Origin: Polyangiales bacterium | GTDB taxonomy: Bacteria > Myxococcota_A > Polyangia > Polyangiales > Ga0077539 | Direction: 5' to 3' | NCBI GenBank assembly: GCA_044229975.1 | Contig: JBGARZ010000016.1 | Location: 128,001 to 192,000, forward strand | DNA: 64,000 nt | Shown here: positions 49,191 through 58,382 of the stretch, piece by piece | How positions within the stretch are numbered: position 1 is the first letter of the stretch | Layout of the letters: each line of letters opens with the position of its first letter | Translations under genes and position numbers: made by a program | The notes under the pieces: generated by a model | Database searches by the model: none | What the model saw: the letters and a program-made list of their open reading frames with translations, nothing else | Told to the model about the DNA's origin: nothing

Positions 49191-49952
49191 ATGAGCAACG
49201 TACGCGTCGGCACCGCTGGTTTCGCCGTCCAGCGAGAGCGCTATCAGTCCAAACTCCGCTTCGTCGAGGTGAGCTTCCGGGCGCCTGTTCCTTCTCCGAA
49301 GGTGCTCGCCGGGTGGAAGCGCTCCTCGCCCGAGGGCTTCACCTTCGCCGCCGTCGCGCCCGACACGCTCTACGGTGAGCGCGACTGGCCGCTGCGCGAC
49401 GCCACCAGGCTCCAGTCCGAGCTCGATCGCTTCGGCAACCAGTGCAACGCTCTCGGCGCGCGCGTCGTGGTGTTTCGCACGCCCCTCGCCATCTCGCCCG
49501 GCAGCGTCGCGCTCAAGCGCTTCCTCCCGGTGCTCGAACGCGCCCGCAACTTCGGCGCGATCCTCGTGTGGGAGCCCGCCGGCCTGTGGGAGCGCGAAGA
49601 GGCCGTCGCCGTCGCCTCGGACTTCAACGCCGTCGTCGGCGGTGACCCTCTTCAAGACGAGCCCGAAGAGAACATCATCTACGCCCACCTCCGCGGCCTC
49701 GGCTCCGACCAGCGGTACACCATGGGCCGCCTCGAAACCCTCGCCGAGCGCATCGCCGGGGCCGACGAAGCCTTCGTGGTGTTCGACTCGGGCTCCGCGT
49801 GGCGCGAGGCGTGCGGCTTCGCGAAACTCTCGGGCGAGCTCCTCGCCTCCGAAGGCGACGACGAAGAGGGCGACGACCTCGACGACGACGAGGAAGACGA
49901 CGACGAGGACGGCGACGACCTCGACGACGAAGACGAAGACGCGGACGGCTGA
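49191..49952 (+). CDS. DUF72 family protein with acidic tail
   Basis: 'VRVGTAGF', 'WKRSSPEGFTF', 'YAHLRG', and a poly-Asp/Glu C-terminus. Confidence 0.7.
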   Translation: MSNVRVGTAGFAVQRERYQSKLRFVEVSFRAPVPSPKVLAGWKRSSPEGFTFAAVAPDTLYGERDWPLRDATRLQSELDRFGNQCNALGARVVVFRTPLAISPGSVALKRFLPVLERARNFGAILVWEPAGLWEREEAVAVASDFNAVVGGDPLQDEPEENIIYAHLRGLGSDQRYTMGRLETLAERIAGADEAFVVFDSGSAWREACGFAKLSGELLASEGDDEEGDDLDDDEEDDDEDGDDLDDEDEDADG

Positions 49953-49958
49953 ACGACG

Positions 49959-51038
49959 ATGCGCAACGCGGTCATCGCACGCGACACGGTCGCCCAGGCG
50001 GCGGCGCAGTCCCTCGTCGCCGAACAAGGGACCGCTGTCGACATGGCCCTCGCGGGTCTTCTCGCGGGCGCCACGCGCGCCTCCTCCGCGTCGCTCCTCG
50101 GCGCGGCCGGAGTGCTCGTCGCGGGCCCCGGCATGGGCCTCCACTTCGTCGACGGTCGCGCTCGCGCTCCAGGCATCGGAACGCCCCGTCCCAAGGCCAC
50201 CGACTCTCCGTCCGACGCCACGCGCGCGACGGTTCCGGGTCTCTTCGAGTGTGTGCTCGCGGCGCACGCGCGCTTCGGCTCGCTGCCCCTCTCGGTCATC
50301 ACCAAGGCCGCCGTCGCGGCCATCCGTGAGTCCGGCCCCGACGACGGCACCCGCAAGCGCCTCGTGGTCCTGGAGCAGTTTCATCGCACGGGCCTCGCGG
50401 TGCTGGAGCGCGTCGGCGTGCTGCGCGGCATCCTCGAATCCGTCGGCCCCGTCGCGGCCGGAACCTTCTCCCCCGACGACCTCGCCCCCCGCGCCGCCCC
50501 CATCGTGTCGCCCATCGCGTGCACCGACGGCGCCCACGAAGTCTGCCTCCCGCCGCGCTACCGCCGCTGGAACAACATCAACGCCCCCGAAGCCCTCCCG
50601 ACCGTTCCGGTCGAGAGCCTCGTCGCGGCCGACATGCACGGCGTGATCGTCACCGTCTCCTGGCTCGTCGCGCCGCCCGCCATCGCGCTGCCGGAGGTCC
50701 CTGGTCTGGCGCTCGCGGCGTTGCTGCCGACGCCGCGCAAGGGTGTTCCGCGCTGGCGACCTGGGACGCCGCTGCCGTCGCCCATCCCGCTGGCCATCTG
50801 CCGCGCGGAAGGGCGCGCGTGGGCGGGGCTCGGGGTGTCGGGCCACGGCGACGTGGTGTCCCTGCGCGACGAGATGCTGAGCGCCCGCCTCGCGAGCGTG
50901 GGCATCGACTGCCTCGTGGGCGAAGGCGCGGGCGAGGCGGCGGCGCGCGACGCCGTGTCGCTGTGGGTGATCCGCGACGCCAAGGGCGACGAGGTGCAGG
51001 CCACCATGGGCGCAGCGGTCGGGGCGCTGTCTCCGTAG
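49959..51038 (+). CDS. Divergent gamma-glutamyltransferase-like protein
   Basis: The N-terminus resembles GGT ('GTAVDMALA', 'HFVDGRARAPG', 'TVPG', 'HARFGSLP'), but the protein is much shorter than a typical GGT. Confidence 0.55.
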   Translation: MRNAVIARDTVAQAAAQSLVAEQGTAVDMALAGLLAGATRASSASLLGAAGVLVAGPGMGLHFVDGRARAPGIGTPRPKATDSPSDATRATVPGLFECVLAAHARFGSLPLSVITKAAVAAIRESGPDDGTRKRLVVLEQFHRTGLAVLERVGVLRGILESVGPVAAGTFSPDDLAPRAAPIVSPIACTDGAHEVCLPPRYRRWNNINAPEALPTVPVESLVAADMHGVIVTVSWLVAPPAIALPEVPGLALAALLPTPRKGVPRWRPGTPLPSPIPLAICRAEGRAWAGLGVSGHGDVVSLRDEMLSARLASVGIDCLVGEGAGEAAARDAVSLWVIRDAKGDEVQATMGAAVGALSP

Positions 51039-51071
51039 GATTTCCCACGCGACGGCGATATCGTCGCGGCC

Positions 51072-52496
51072 GTGAGACGACTGTCGTTGGTGGGTATCCT
51101 CGGCGCGGGGCTCGTGGGGTCGGTGACCGCGGGGGCGCAGCCGTTGCCGCCGAGCGCGCCGAGTCCGTCGCCCGCGGTGGTCGCAGCGCGGGAGACCGCC
51201 AACGCCTCGCAGACGGGCTTCTCCTTCGGGTCGTACGGGCGCGTCGGCGTGGCGAGCGATCTGCGCGGGCGCACCGGGCGGGTGAGCAACGTGGTGGCCT
51301 TTGGTCCGCGACTGGAGCTGCCGTCGTACGCGGAGGTGCAGTTCAACTACGACGCGCGCTTCGGGCACTCGCGGTGGCGCGCGGTCACCACCATCGCGAT
51401 GAACGAGTCGCTCTTCCACTTCACCGGCCGCTTCGACGGAGCGTTTGCCGTGCGCAACCTCTACCTCGAAGAGACGGGCGTCGGCAGCGATCGGCTCTCG
51501 TTGTGGGTGGGCTCGCGGATGTACCGCGGCGACGACGTCTACCTCCTCAACTTCTGGCCGATGGACAACCTCAACATGGTCGGCGGCGGGGCGCGCTACC
51601 TCGCGGGCGAGCACGTCGTGTTGCAAGCCGCGGTGGGGATGAACCGCCTCGACGACCCCTATCAGCTCCAGACCATCAGCGTGGCGCCGAGGGACGGGTT
51701 CGGTCCGTCGACGGCCTTCCTGCTCGACCGCCCGCGGGTGCTCGCAGCGGCGAAGGCGACGTGGTTCTCGGTGGGCCGCACCGCGCGCGAGGGACTGAAG
51801 GTGTCGCTCTACGGCGAGGCCCACGCGATGGCGTCGGGCGTGCGGCAGCTCAACGACGCGGGCGTTCGCATCGAGCTCCCGTCGGACAGCGGCTGGGTGG
51901 TGGGCGGTCAGGTGGGGCTCTACCGCGGGGCCAATTTCATCAACGTGTTCGCGCGGTATTCACGGGGCCTGGGAGCGTACGGCGAGCTGGATGTTCCGGT
52001 GACGCTGGCGAGCGCGCGGACCTCGGCGCGGGCGGAGGACTTCCGCCTTGCGCTCTCGGGCAACTGGGAGACGGGGCCCTTCGCGCTGATGGTCGGTGCG
52101 TACTTCCGGTACTTCCGCGACGCTGATCCGGGGGTGTTTTCGCGCGACGCGCTGGTGGAGGGCGCGGTCGCGGCGAGGCCCATCGTGTGGTTCGGCCAGC
52201 GCGTCGGGGTCGCGGCGGAGGTGAGCTATCAGCGCATCGTCTACAACGCCATCGACCCGGTGACGGGCAACGGCGCGCTCGCGGGGTCGGTGACGCGCTT
52301 CGCGGTGATGCCCTTCGTGTCGCCAGCGGGCCGAGGGAGCTACACGCGGCCGCACCTCCAGGTGATCTACGCGGCGAGCCTGCGCGACGACGGCGCGCGG
52401 CGGCTGTATGCGCCCGACGATCCGTTCAGCTTCAACAGTGTCGAGCACTTCCTCGGGGTGGGCACGGAGTGGTGGTTCAACAGCAGCTATCTGTGA
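51072..52496 (+). CDS. Carbohydrate porin (LamB/maltoporin-like outer-membrane beta-barrel)
   Basis: 'FSFGSYGR', 'RLE..SYAE', 'WVGSRMYRGDDVYLLNFW', C-terminal 'GTEWWF'. Confidence 0.8.
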   Translation: MRRLSLVGILGAGLVGSVTAGAQPLPPSAPSPSPAVVAARETANASQTGFSFGSYGRVGVASDLRGRTGRVSNVVAFGPRLELPSYAEVQFNYDARFGHSRWRAVTTIAMNESLFHFTGRFDGAFAVRNLYLEETGVGSDRLSLWVGSRMYRGDDVYLLNFWPMDNLNMVGGGARYLAGEHVVLQAAVGMNRLDDPYQLQTISVAPRDGFGPSTAFLLDRPRVLAAAKATWFSVGRTAREGLKVSLYGEAHAMASGVRQLNDAGVRIELPSDSGWVVGGQVGLYRGANFINVFARYSRGLGAYGELDVPVTLASARTSARAEDFRLALSGNWETGPFALMVGAYFRYFRDADPGVFSRDALVEGAVAARPIVWFGQRVGVAAEVSYQRIVYNAIDPVTGNGALAGSVTRFAVMPFVSPAGRGSYTRPHLQVIYAASLRDDGARRLYAPDDPFSFNSVEHFLGVGTEWWFNSSYL

Positions 52497-52603
52497 GGGC
52501 AGCCGTAGGGAAAGACCGCGATGCGGGCTGCCGATGTGCGAGGGGATTGACCAACCCGCGACGCGGGTAAGGCGACCAGGCATGCCGACGAGGTCGACGT
52601 TCA

Positions 52604-54193
52604 CTACTGCGGTGGTGACGGGTCGTGCGCGAGCGGCGGTGTGGTCCACGGCAGCGGCTCCCAGCGCAGGGGACCGCGGGCGTACTCATGAGTTCCCCCG
52701 ACGGCGCGTAGGACGCGCTCTCGACCGGCGAAGGAGACCGTGAAGCGCGGCATCGATGCGACGCGCACCTGCTGGAGGTCGATGACGACCCCCTCGATGG
52801 TGACGTAGAGCGAGGGGCCTTCGTTCCGCCACCAGTTCACCTCGGACAACGATCGGTAGCGCGACGAAGGACGCCACACCCAGACCTCGTCCGTCTCCAC
52901 GTCGCGTACGCGGTACTGTCGGCGACCGTCGCGCCTCGGGCAGGTCGCGATCCTCGACCCGGACTCTCGTCCGCACCATGTCTCATCGCTGTCGAGTCGG
53001 GTGACGTGGAGCCCGTCGAGATCCAGCAGGACGTATCCAGACGCGTCGAGCCTCAGCACCCGACCCGGGAACGACCGCACCCGCACAGGTTGCGAGGCCC
53101 GAGGGTCTCCCGGAACGTTGGCCCCCTCGACCCGCAGGGAGAGGCGCTCGATGCCGTGCTGATAGACCTTCACCTCATCGGTCCGGTCTTGGGTGGAGTG
53201 CCCTTCGCATTGGACGACGATCAGATCCCGCCGCGGGTCGGCGTGCATGACGCGCGCGTCGCAGCTCGCGGGAACCCACGATTCCTCGCGACCGTCGAGG
53301 TCGCGAACGACGAGTCTGCCGTCCGGTGCGCGCACGACGAACCTCCGTCCGAACACGCTGACCAGCCCCTCGACGACGCGCGCCCGCCCACTGTCGACCG
53401 TGGCGACTCTCACCTCCGTGCGCGAGTGGTCGGTCGACGCGTCGGTGCGCGGATCGACCCAGAGCGTCACCAGCTCCCCCCAGGCATCGAGTCGCGCATC
53501 GCGCAGCACTCCGTCACCGGGATCGATCACGTGCTCTCGTCCCGAGCCTAGGTCTCGGACGATGACGTCGCGCCGCTCGCCTGCGTCGTGCGTGTAGAGC
53601 AAGCGATGGCCTTCGTGCGCGAATTGGAGGGCGCCTCCGTCCTCGCACCACCGCCAGACCTGGGGCGTCGAAGCGAGAGGGGAGGGGCCGAGGTTCCAGG
53701 CGAGTCCCTCGACGGTGTCTCGCAGCCAGAGGCGCTGCTGCGCGGCGTAGGCGACGTAGCGGCCGCTCGGATCACGCCCGCAGTACCGGTCGATCGCCTC
53801 GCCTTCCCCGCTCCCGCTGACCAGGTAGGAGACGGTGGCATCCTGCGCGGGGTGACCATCGTCCTCTTCGAGGTGGAACTCGACCCGACCGTCGCCGTCG
53901 GTGTCTGCACGGGTCTGCGCGACCACGACCCACCGGGCGTCCGGCGATGCGTCGAGCACCCTCGTCGGCGCTGCGGTCCCGATCAAGGCGCCGTCCGATG
54001 GGGCCCGCGCGGGAGTCGCCAACACGGCGCTGGGGGGCGTCCATGACGGCGCGACGGAGATCGGCAGAGCGGGGGTGTTGTGCGGGTGTTGCGCCGGGGC
54101 ACCGTGCGGTCGGACGGCGCCTCCCGCGCACCCCGACCCGAACACGGACAGGATCACGAGCCCCGCGTAGGAGCGCTTCGTCGACGACGCCAT
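52604..54193 (-). CDS. Hypothetical TolB-like beta-propeller lipoprotein
   Basis: Lipobox GSGC, 'ASPDARWV', 'DPSGRYVAY', and an EF-hand-like 'DTDGDGRV'. Confidence 0.6.
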   Translation of the reverse strand: MASSTKRSYAGLVILSVFGSGCAGGAVRPHGAPAQHPHNTPALPISVAPSWTPPSAVLATPARAPSDGALIGTAAPTRVLDASPDARWVVVAQTRADTDGDGRVEFHLEEDDGHPAQDATVSYLVSGSGEGEAIDRYCGRDPSGRYVAYAAQQRLWLRDTVEGLAWNLGPSPLASTPQVWRWCEDGGALQFAHEGHRLLYTHDAGERRDVIVRDLGSGREHVIDPGDGVLRDARLDAWGELVTLWVDPRTDASTDHSRTEVRVATVDSGRARVVEGLVSVFGRRFVVRAPDGRLVVRDLDGREESWVPASCDARVMHADPRRDLIVVQCEGHSTQDRTDEVKVYQHGIERLSLRVEGANVPGDPRASQPVRVRSFPGRVLRLDASGYVLLDLDGLHVTRLDSDETWCGRESGSRIATCPRRDGRRQYRVRDVETDEVWVWRPSSRYRSLSEVNWWRNEGPSLYVTIEGVVIDLQQVRVASMPRFTVSFAGRERVLRAVGGTHEYARGPLRWEPLPWTTPPLAHDPSPPQ

Positions 54194-54357
54194 GAGGGTC
54201 GGCGGAGCAAGCGGTGAGCCGTTGCGAACGCCACAACAGCCGCGGATGTCGCGTGCCGCGTGCGTGTGCGATTCACCACGGCGTGTCTGCGATCGGTGGT
54301 CGCCGTGGCCGGCGCACCTCCGACCGCCTCACCCGCGGATACGCATCGCGCGGGCGA

Positions 54358-55100
54358 TCAGGAGCCCGTCGCGGGCCGGTCGAGCGGCACGCCGAGCGCC
54401 GCCTCGAAGTGGTCCTCCAGCGCGACGAAGTGCGACTGCGGCACCTCCGCGACCGCGACCCGCAGCCGCTCGACGAGGCCCGTGATCCTGGGCTCCGCCG
54501 CGGCGCCCGCCTCGACGGCGCCGTCGACGCTCGCGCGCGTGGGCGCCGTCTGCCCGACCCCGATGCGCTTGAGGAGGTCGCGCCCCAGGGCCTCGAGGGC
54601 GCTCTTCGAGCCCTCGAACACGCCGCCGATGACGCGGCCGAGCGGCGAGACCGAGACCTCGGCGCACGCCTTCTCGACCGCCGCGCGCACCTCCGCCGGA
54701 GACTTCGGGCCGACCGGGGCCACGGCGCGCGACGCGAGCGCGAGGTCGAGCAGCAGCCCGCGGTGGTAGCAGAGGCTGGCCTCGTCGCTCGCCCGCTTGA
54801 CCTCCGCGACCACGAAGAGCTTCCGGAAGATCAGCTTGAAGGGGAACGTGACGATCCCCTTCGCGATGCCCAGAAACACGCCGTCGCCCGGGTCGTTGGC
54901 CAGCTCGGAGACCGCGTCGTCGCCCAGCGGGATGTTGTGCTCGGCGGCGAGCTGGCGGACGAGGCGGCGCTCGATCGCGGCCTTGACCGCGTCGTCAAGG
55001 AGCGGGATCGGGATGAGCGGGGTCAGGCCCACGAGCGCCGCGTGGGTGAGCAGCACGCTCTCATCGACAACGCGGCGAGGCCGGGGGCGACGTTCGCTCA
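54358..55100 (-). CDS. Hypothetical protein
   Basis: Globular ORF with 'LIPIPLLDD'; start probably MSERR at 55100. Confidence 0.65.
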
Positions 55101-55180
55101 TCGGGGCGTTGACGGTACCACCGGCCACGGGATGGTCGTCGGACGTTCGCCGCGATCGCAGTGAATCGGGGATGCAGCCA

Positions 55181-55312
55181 ATAAGAGGTCCAACGGGGCA
55201 CCGTCGTCGGCACGGATCGGCTCGGGGTTACCGATTGCCCAGACCGCGAAGTACAACTCGGGCGGACGACGTGTACGGAGCTCCCGTTGCCCCCGCTGGA
55301 GAGCTCGCTGGC
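55181..55312. repeat. Left copy of a ~132-bp outer direct repeat (partner at 61475-61606)
   Basis: 55237-55312 matches 61531-61606 with one mismatch; 55181-55236 matches 61475-61530 at about 40 of 56 positions without gaps. Confidence 0.9.
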
Positions 55313-55358
55313 GGACGACGTGTACGGAGCTCCCGTTGCCCCCGCTGGAGAGCTCGCT
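55261..55358. repeat. Perfect 49-bp tandem duplication
   Basis: GGCGGACGACGTGTACGGAGCTCCCGTTGCCCCCGCTGGAGAGCTCGCT at 55261-55309 and 55310-55358. Confidence 0.95.
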
Positions 55359-55359
55359 G

Positions 55360-55590
55360 GCCGCTGGCCTTCGTCGGTCACCACCAGCCACGCGCCGAGC
55401 TCTTCCGAGTACGCCGGACCGTCGCCCGTGTACTCCAGCCGAAACTCCTCCGTTCGCGTGCGACGCCACACCTGCAACGCCCACGGCCCGCCCATCAGCC
55501 CACGGCCACGCCGCTCGGGGTCGAAGATCCACAGCTCCCGCGTGCCGCTCGCGGCGTACTTCAGCGGGCCCTCGTTGTAGTCCTTCTTCG
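55360..55590. repeat. Left copy of a 231-bp inner direct repeat (middle of the Uma2 gene; partner at 61240-61470)
   Basis: Identical to 61240-61470 except at 55379/61259 and 55498/61378; offset 5880 bp. Confidence 0.95.
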
Positions 55591-55939
55591 CCGTGTCGCG
55601 GCTCACCACCTCGGCCGCCACCCGCGGCGGCGCGTGGCCCGCCTCCCACGTCAGGATGCTTCGCGCCGCCTTCGGTAGCGCCGGCGCCACGAGGTACACG
55701 TCCGGGTCGACGCCCACGCTGGCGTGCGACTCATCCCAGCGCAGCGCGATGTCCTCTCCCGCCGTCGCATCGAGGCCCGTGCGCGCGATGAACGCCTCCA
55801 GCACCTCCCGCAGCAGCGTCGTCGTCCTCAAGTGCTCCGGGGTCACGGGCATGGTCACGCCGTCCTGGAGCACCCACCGCTCGGACCACCGCGGGGCCTC
55901 GAACACCACGTCCACCCCGCGCGGATCCCTCGTCGCCAT
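55360..55939 (-). pseudogene. Uma2-family (PD-(D/E)xK) endonuclease, 5' part lacking the native C-terminus
   Basis: 'MPVTPEH', 'VDPDVYLV', 'AEVVSRDTAKKDY', 'RELWIFDP'. After 'DEGQR' the frame runs into repeat DNA and stops at 55061. Confidence 0.85.
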
Positions 55940-56263
55940 GCTGCTCACGCTACCACCCATCGCAGCAGGCGTGCCATCACGGGACACCGAGAAAACAAGC
56001 TCTTCAGCTCACCGCCGCCATGGCGGCGGGGGTGGCGGCGGGTGGCACGTGGGGTGGACGTTTCACGAGGCGATCGGGCAGTAGGGCGCCTCACGTGGTC
56101 GCGGACGCGGTGCCTGCGCGGTGCGAGGGCGACGGGGGGTGGAGCGTTGGAATCGGTCAGGACGGCGCCACCGGAGCGCTTGGGAACTTCTCCTCCGCAG
56201 TGGGGAGCAGTGCGAGCGAGCGCTCTGCGACCGACGGGCGGACACGCCGCTCTGAACGTCACG

Positions 56264-56295
56264 GACCTCCTGACACCGATGGATGTCAGGAGGTC
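56264..56295 (-). terminator. Stem-loop downstream of the 56325-58067 gene
   Basis: GACCTCCTGACA / TGTCAGGAGGTC perfect 12-bp stem with 8-nt loop; no clear U-tract. Confidence 0.55.
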
Positions 56296-56324
56296 GATGT
56301 CGACCGTCTTCTTCAGTCCCCGCC

Positions 56325-58067
56325 TCAGTCCTCGTCGCTGACCTGCTCGGTGCGGTCGATGGTTCCGTCGCCGTTGTCGTCGTAGGTCACGGTCATGGGC
56401 ATGCCGTTGCCGGCCCAGCTCCCGAAGTTGACGAACATCACCGCCGCCGCCGAGGCCGTCACGCCCGCGTGCTCGAACACCACCGCGCCCGAAGCGGACA
56501 CCCGCTCGACGTACAGCTCGAAGGTGGGCGCCGCGGCGCTGCCGTCGAAGCTCACGCGCGCGCGGTTCATCGCGAAGTCCACCGAGAGGCGGAGGTTTTG
56601 CCCCGCGGTCATGGACGTGGTGCGCAGCTCGATGAGGTAGTCGTCGCCCTCAGACTGGTACGCCAGCGAGAGCGTCGGGGTCTCGGTCCCCCCGGAGCGG
56701 TACAGCAGGTCGGGCGGGCCCGGCTGAATCACCAGCGTGTCGCGCTGCATCGGGTCGATGTTCACGCCGTCGAGGCCGAGGGTCCAACCCGCGCCCTGGA
56801 AGAGCAGCTCGCTCTGCGTGGCCGTCGCGAGTCCGGCCCCATCGAGGGTGATGGTGAGCGGCGTGGCGCGCGGCACGCTGAACACCGGGTCGGGCCGCGA
56901 CAGGTTGCCCGGCATGCGGAGCGACACCCGCGAGTCCGGGATGTTGGTGACGATGCGGCCGTCGGCCCCGACGGAGGTGCTGCGTGACATGCCGTCGGTC
57001 ACCGTGACCTGGCTGTTGCCCACGGTGTTGATGCTGATGCGGGTCGCGCCGCCGCCGTCCATCGCGCGGTTCTGCCAGGCGGTGTTCGGGTGCGGGAGCG
57101 CGAGCCGAGGCCCGGCGTCGCGAATCTGGATCGGGAACGTCGTGTCCGTGCCGCTCCACTCCGCGTCGGGCATGGAGGGGTTGAGCGCGGCGCGGTAGCG
57201 CCAGGTGTTGGCGGCGGTGTCGATGGTGATGAAGCGCTCGGAGTCGGGGTGGTTGTTGTCGTAGACGAGCACGTCGACGACGGTGTCGCTGCGGCGGCGG
57301 ATCGCGTACGGCAGCACCGAGTGGCCGCCGGCGGCGGCGAAGATGCCGATGGCGGTGCCGAGGAAGGCCCGCCCGCGGGCGAACTCGGTCGTGAGGTGGG
57401 TGACGAGTTCGCGCGGCGACATCGTGCGCGAGGGCGCCACCATCGGGTCGACGGTCGACTGGGTGATGGCCCAGAACATCAGCTCGCGCTCGACGGTGTT
57501 GTTGAGCGGGAGGGCGAAGGCGTTGGTGCCGCCGAAGGTCATCGGGGCGATGCTGCCCGCGTAGAGGTGCGCCGCGAAGATGGAGTAGCCCTCGCAGTTG
57601 CCCTCGTGGGCGCCGTTGTTCTCGGCGTCCATCCACTGCCGCGCGTTGGGGACGAGCACGCACGCGCCGGTGGCGTTGGCGCCCTCGCAGACGCTCGTGC
57701 CGAAGAGGCGGCGGAGGTTGTCGGCGTCGAGGCGCGCGGTGACGGGGGTCTCGCCGGCGCGGCTGGTTCCGCGGTTGGGGAAGCTGAAGCCGTTGGGGTT
57801 GGGGCGGAAGCCCCAGTCGGGCATCGTCGGCGTAGCGCCGTCCGTCGGAGCGGTGCCTACGTCGGTGGGAGTGGTGCCTGCGTCGGTGGGCGTGGTGCCT
57901 GCGTCGGCGGGCGCGGTGCCTGCGTCGGTGAAGCCGGCGTCTGGCTTCTTGCCTGCGTCCGACGGCGTCGTGCCCGCGTCCTGAACCGTCGCCGGGTCAG
58001 TGCCGCAAGCCGCTAGGGAGAGCATCGCGGCGGTCAGGAGTCGATGTCGGGCGCTGTTCGTGTTCAT
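56325..58067 (-). CDS. Lipoprotein with putative papain-like Cys-His-Asp catalytic motifs
   Basis: Lipobox LAAC, 21-bp DAGTTPT repeats, 'GNCEGYS', 'GGHSVLPY', 'VYDNNHP', C-terminal 'DDNGDGTID'. Confidence 0.75.
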   Translation of the reverse strand: MNTNSARHRLLTAAMLSLAACGTDPATVQDAGTTPSDAGKKPDAGFTDAGTAPADAGTTPTDAGTTPTDVGTAPTDGATPTMPDWGFRPNPNGFSFPNRGTSRAGETPVTARLDADNLRRLFGTSVCEGANATGACVLVPNARQWMDAENNGAHEGNCEGYSIFAAHLYAGSIAPMTFGGTNAFALPLNNTVERELMFWAITQSTVDPMVAPSRTMSPRELVTHLTTEFARGRAFLGTAIGIFAAAGGHSVLPYAIRRRSDTVVDVLVYDNNHPDSERFITIDTAANTWRYRAALNPSMPDAEWSGTDTTFPIQIRDAGPRLALPHPNTAWQNRAMDGGGATRISINTVGNSQVTVTDGMSRSTSVGADGRIVTNIPDSRVSLRMPGNLSRPDPVFSVPRATPLTITLDGAGLATATQSELLFQGAGWTLGLDGVNIDPMQRDTLVIQPGPPDLLYRSGGTETPTLSLAYQSEGDDYLIELRTTSMTAGQNLRLSVDFAMNRARVSFDGSAAAPTFELYVERVSASGAVVFEHAGVTASAAAVMFVNFGSWAGNGMPMTVTYDDNGDGTIDRTEQVSDED

Positions 58068-58382
58068 GGAGTTGCCTCGGCGAGTCGGTGATGGAGTCAC
58101 CCTCTGCCCATCCGGTAGCCCGGTCGCCCTCCCTTGAGAATCTAGAATAAATTCGATCGCCCTCGGCGCGCGGGATCTCCAGGACGGCGCCACGGGAGCG
58201 CTCTGCAACCGACGGGCGAATCTGCGCCTGCGAGGGTGCCCTGTTGGAATATCTGTTCGCCTCGACCCGACCTACGCCGGGCACACCTTCGGGCTCTGGC
58301 TCGTAGGGGTCACCGCGTCCGCGGTCGGCGGTGACGCCCTCTACCGAACGGCCTTCGACGCGTACTCCTCGCGGCGCACGAT

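Noticed and set aside
55261..55358. CRISPR-like array
   Set aside because: Only two abutting 49-bp copies with no spacers, and no cas genes.
56012..56029. 18-bp perfect palindrome CCGCCGCCATGGCGGCGG
   Set aside because: Low-complexity GC triplets, plausible by chance in this genome.
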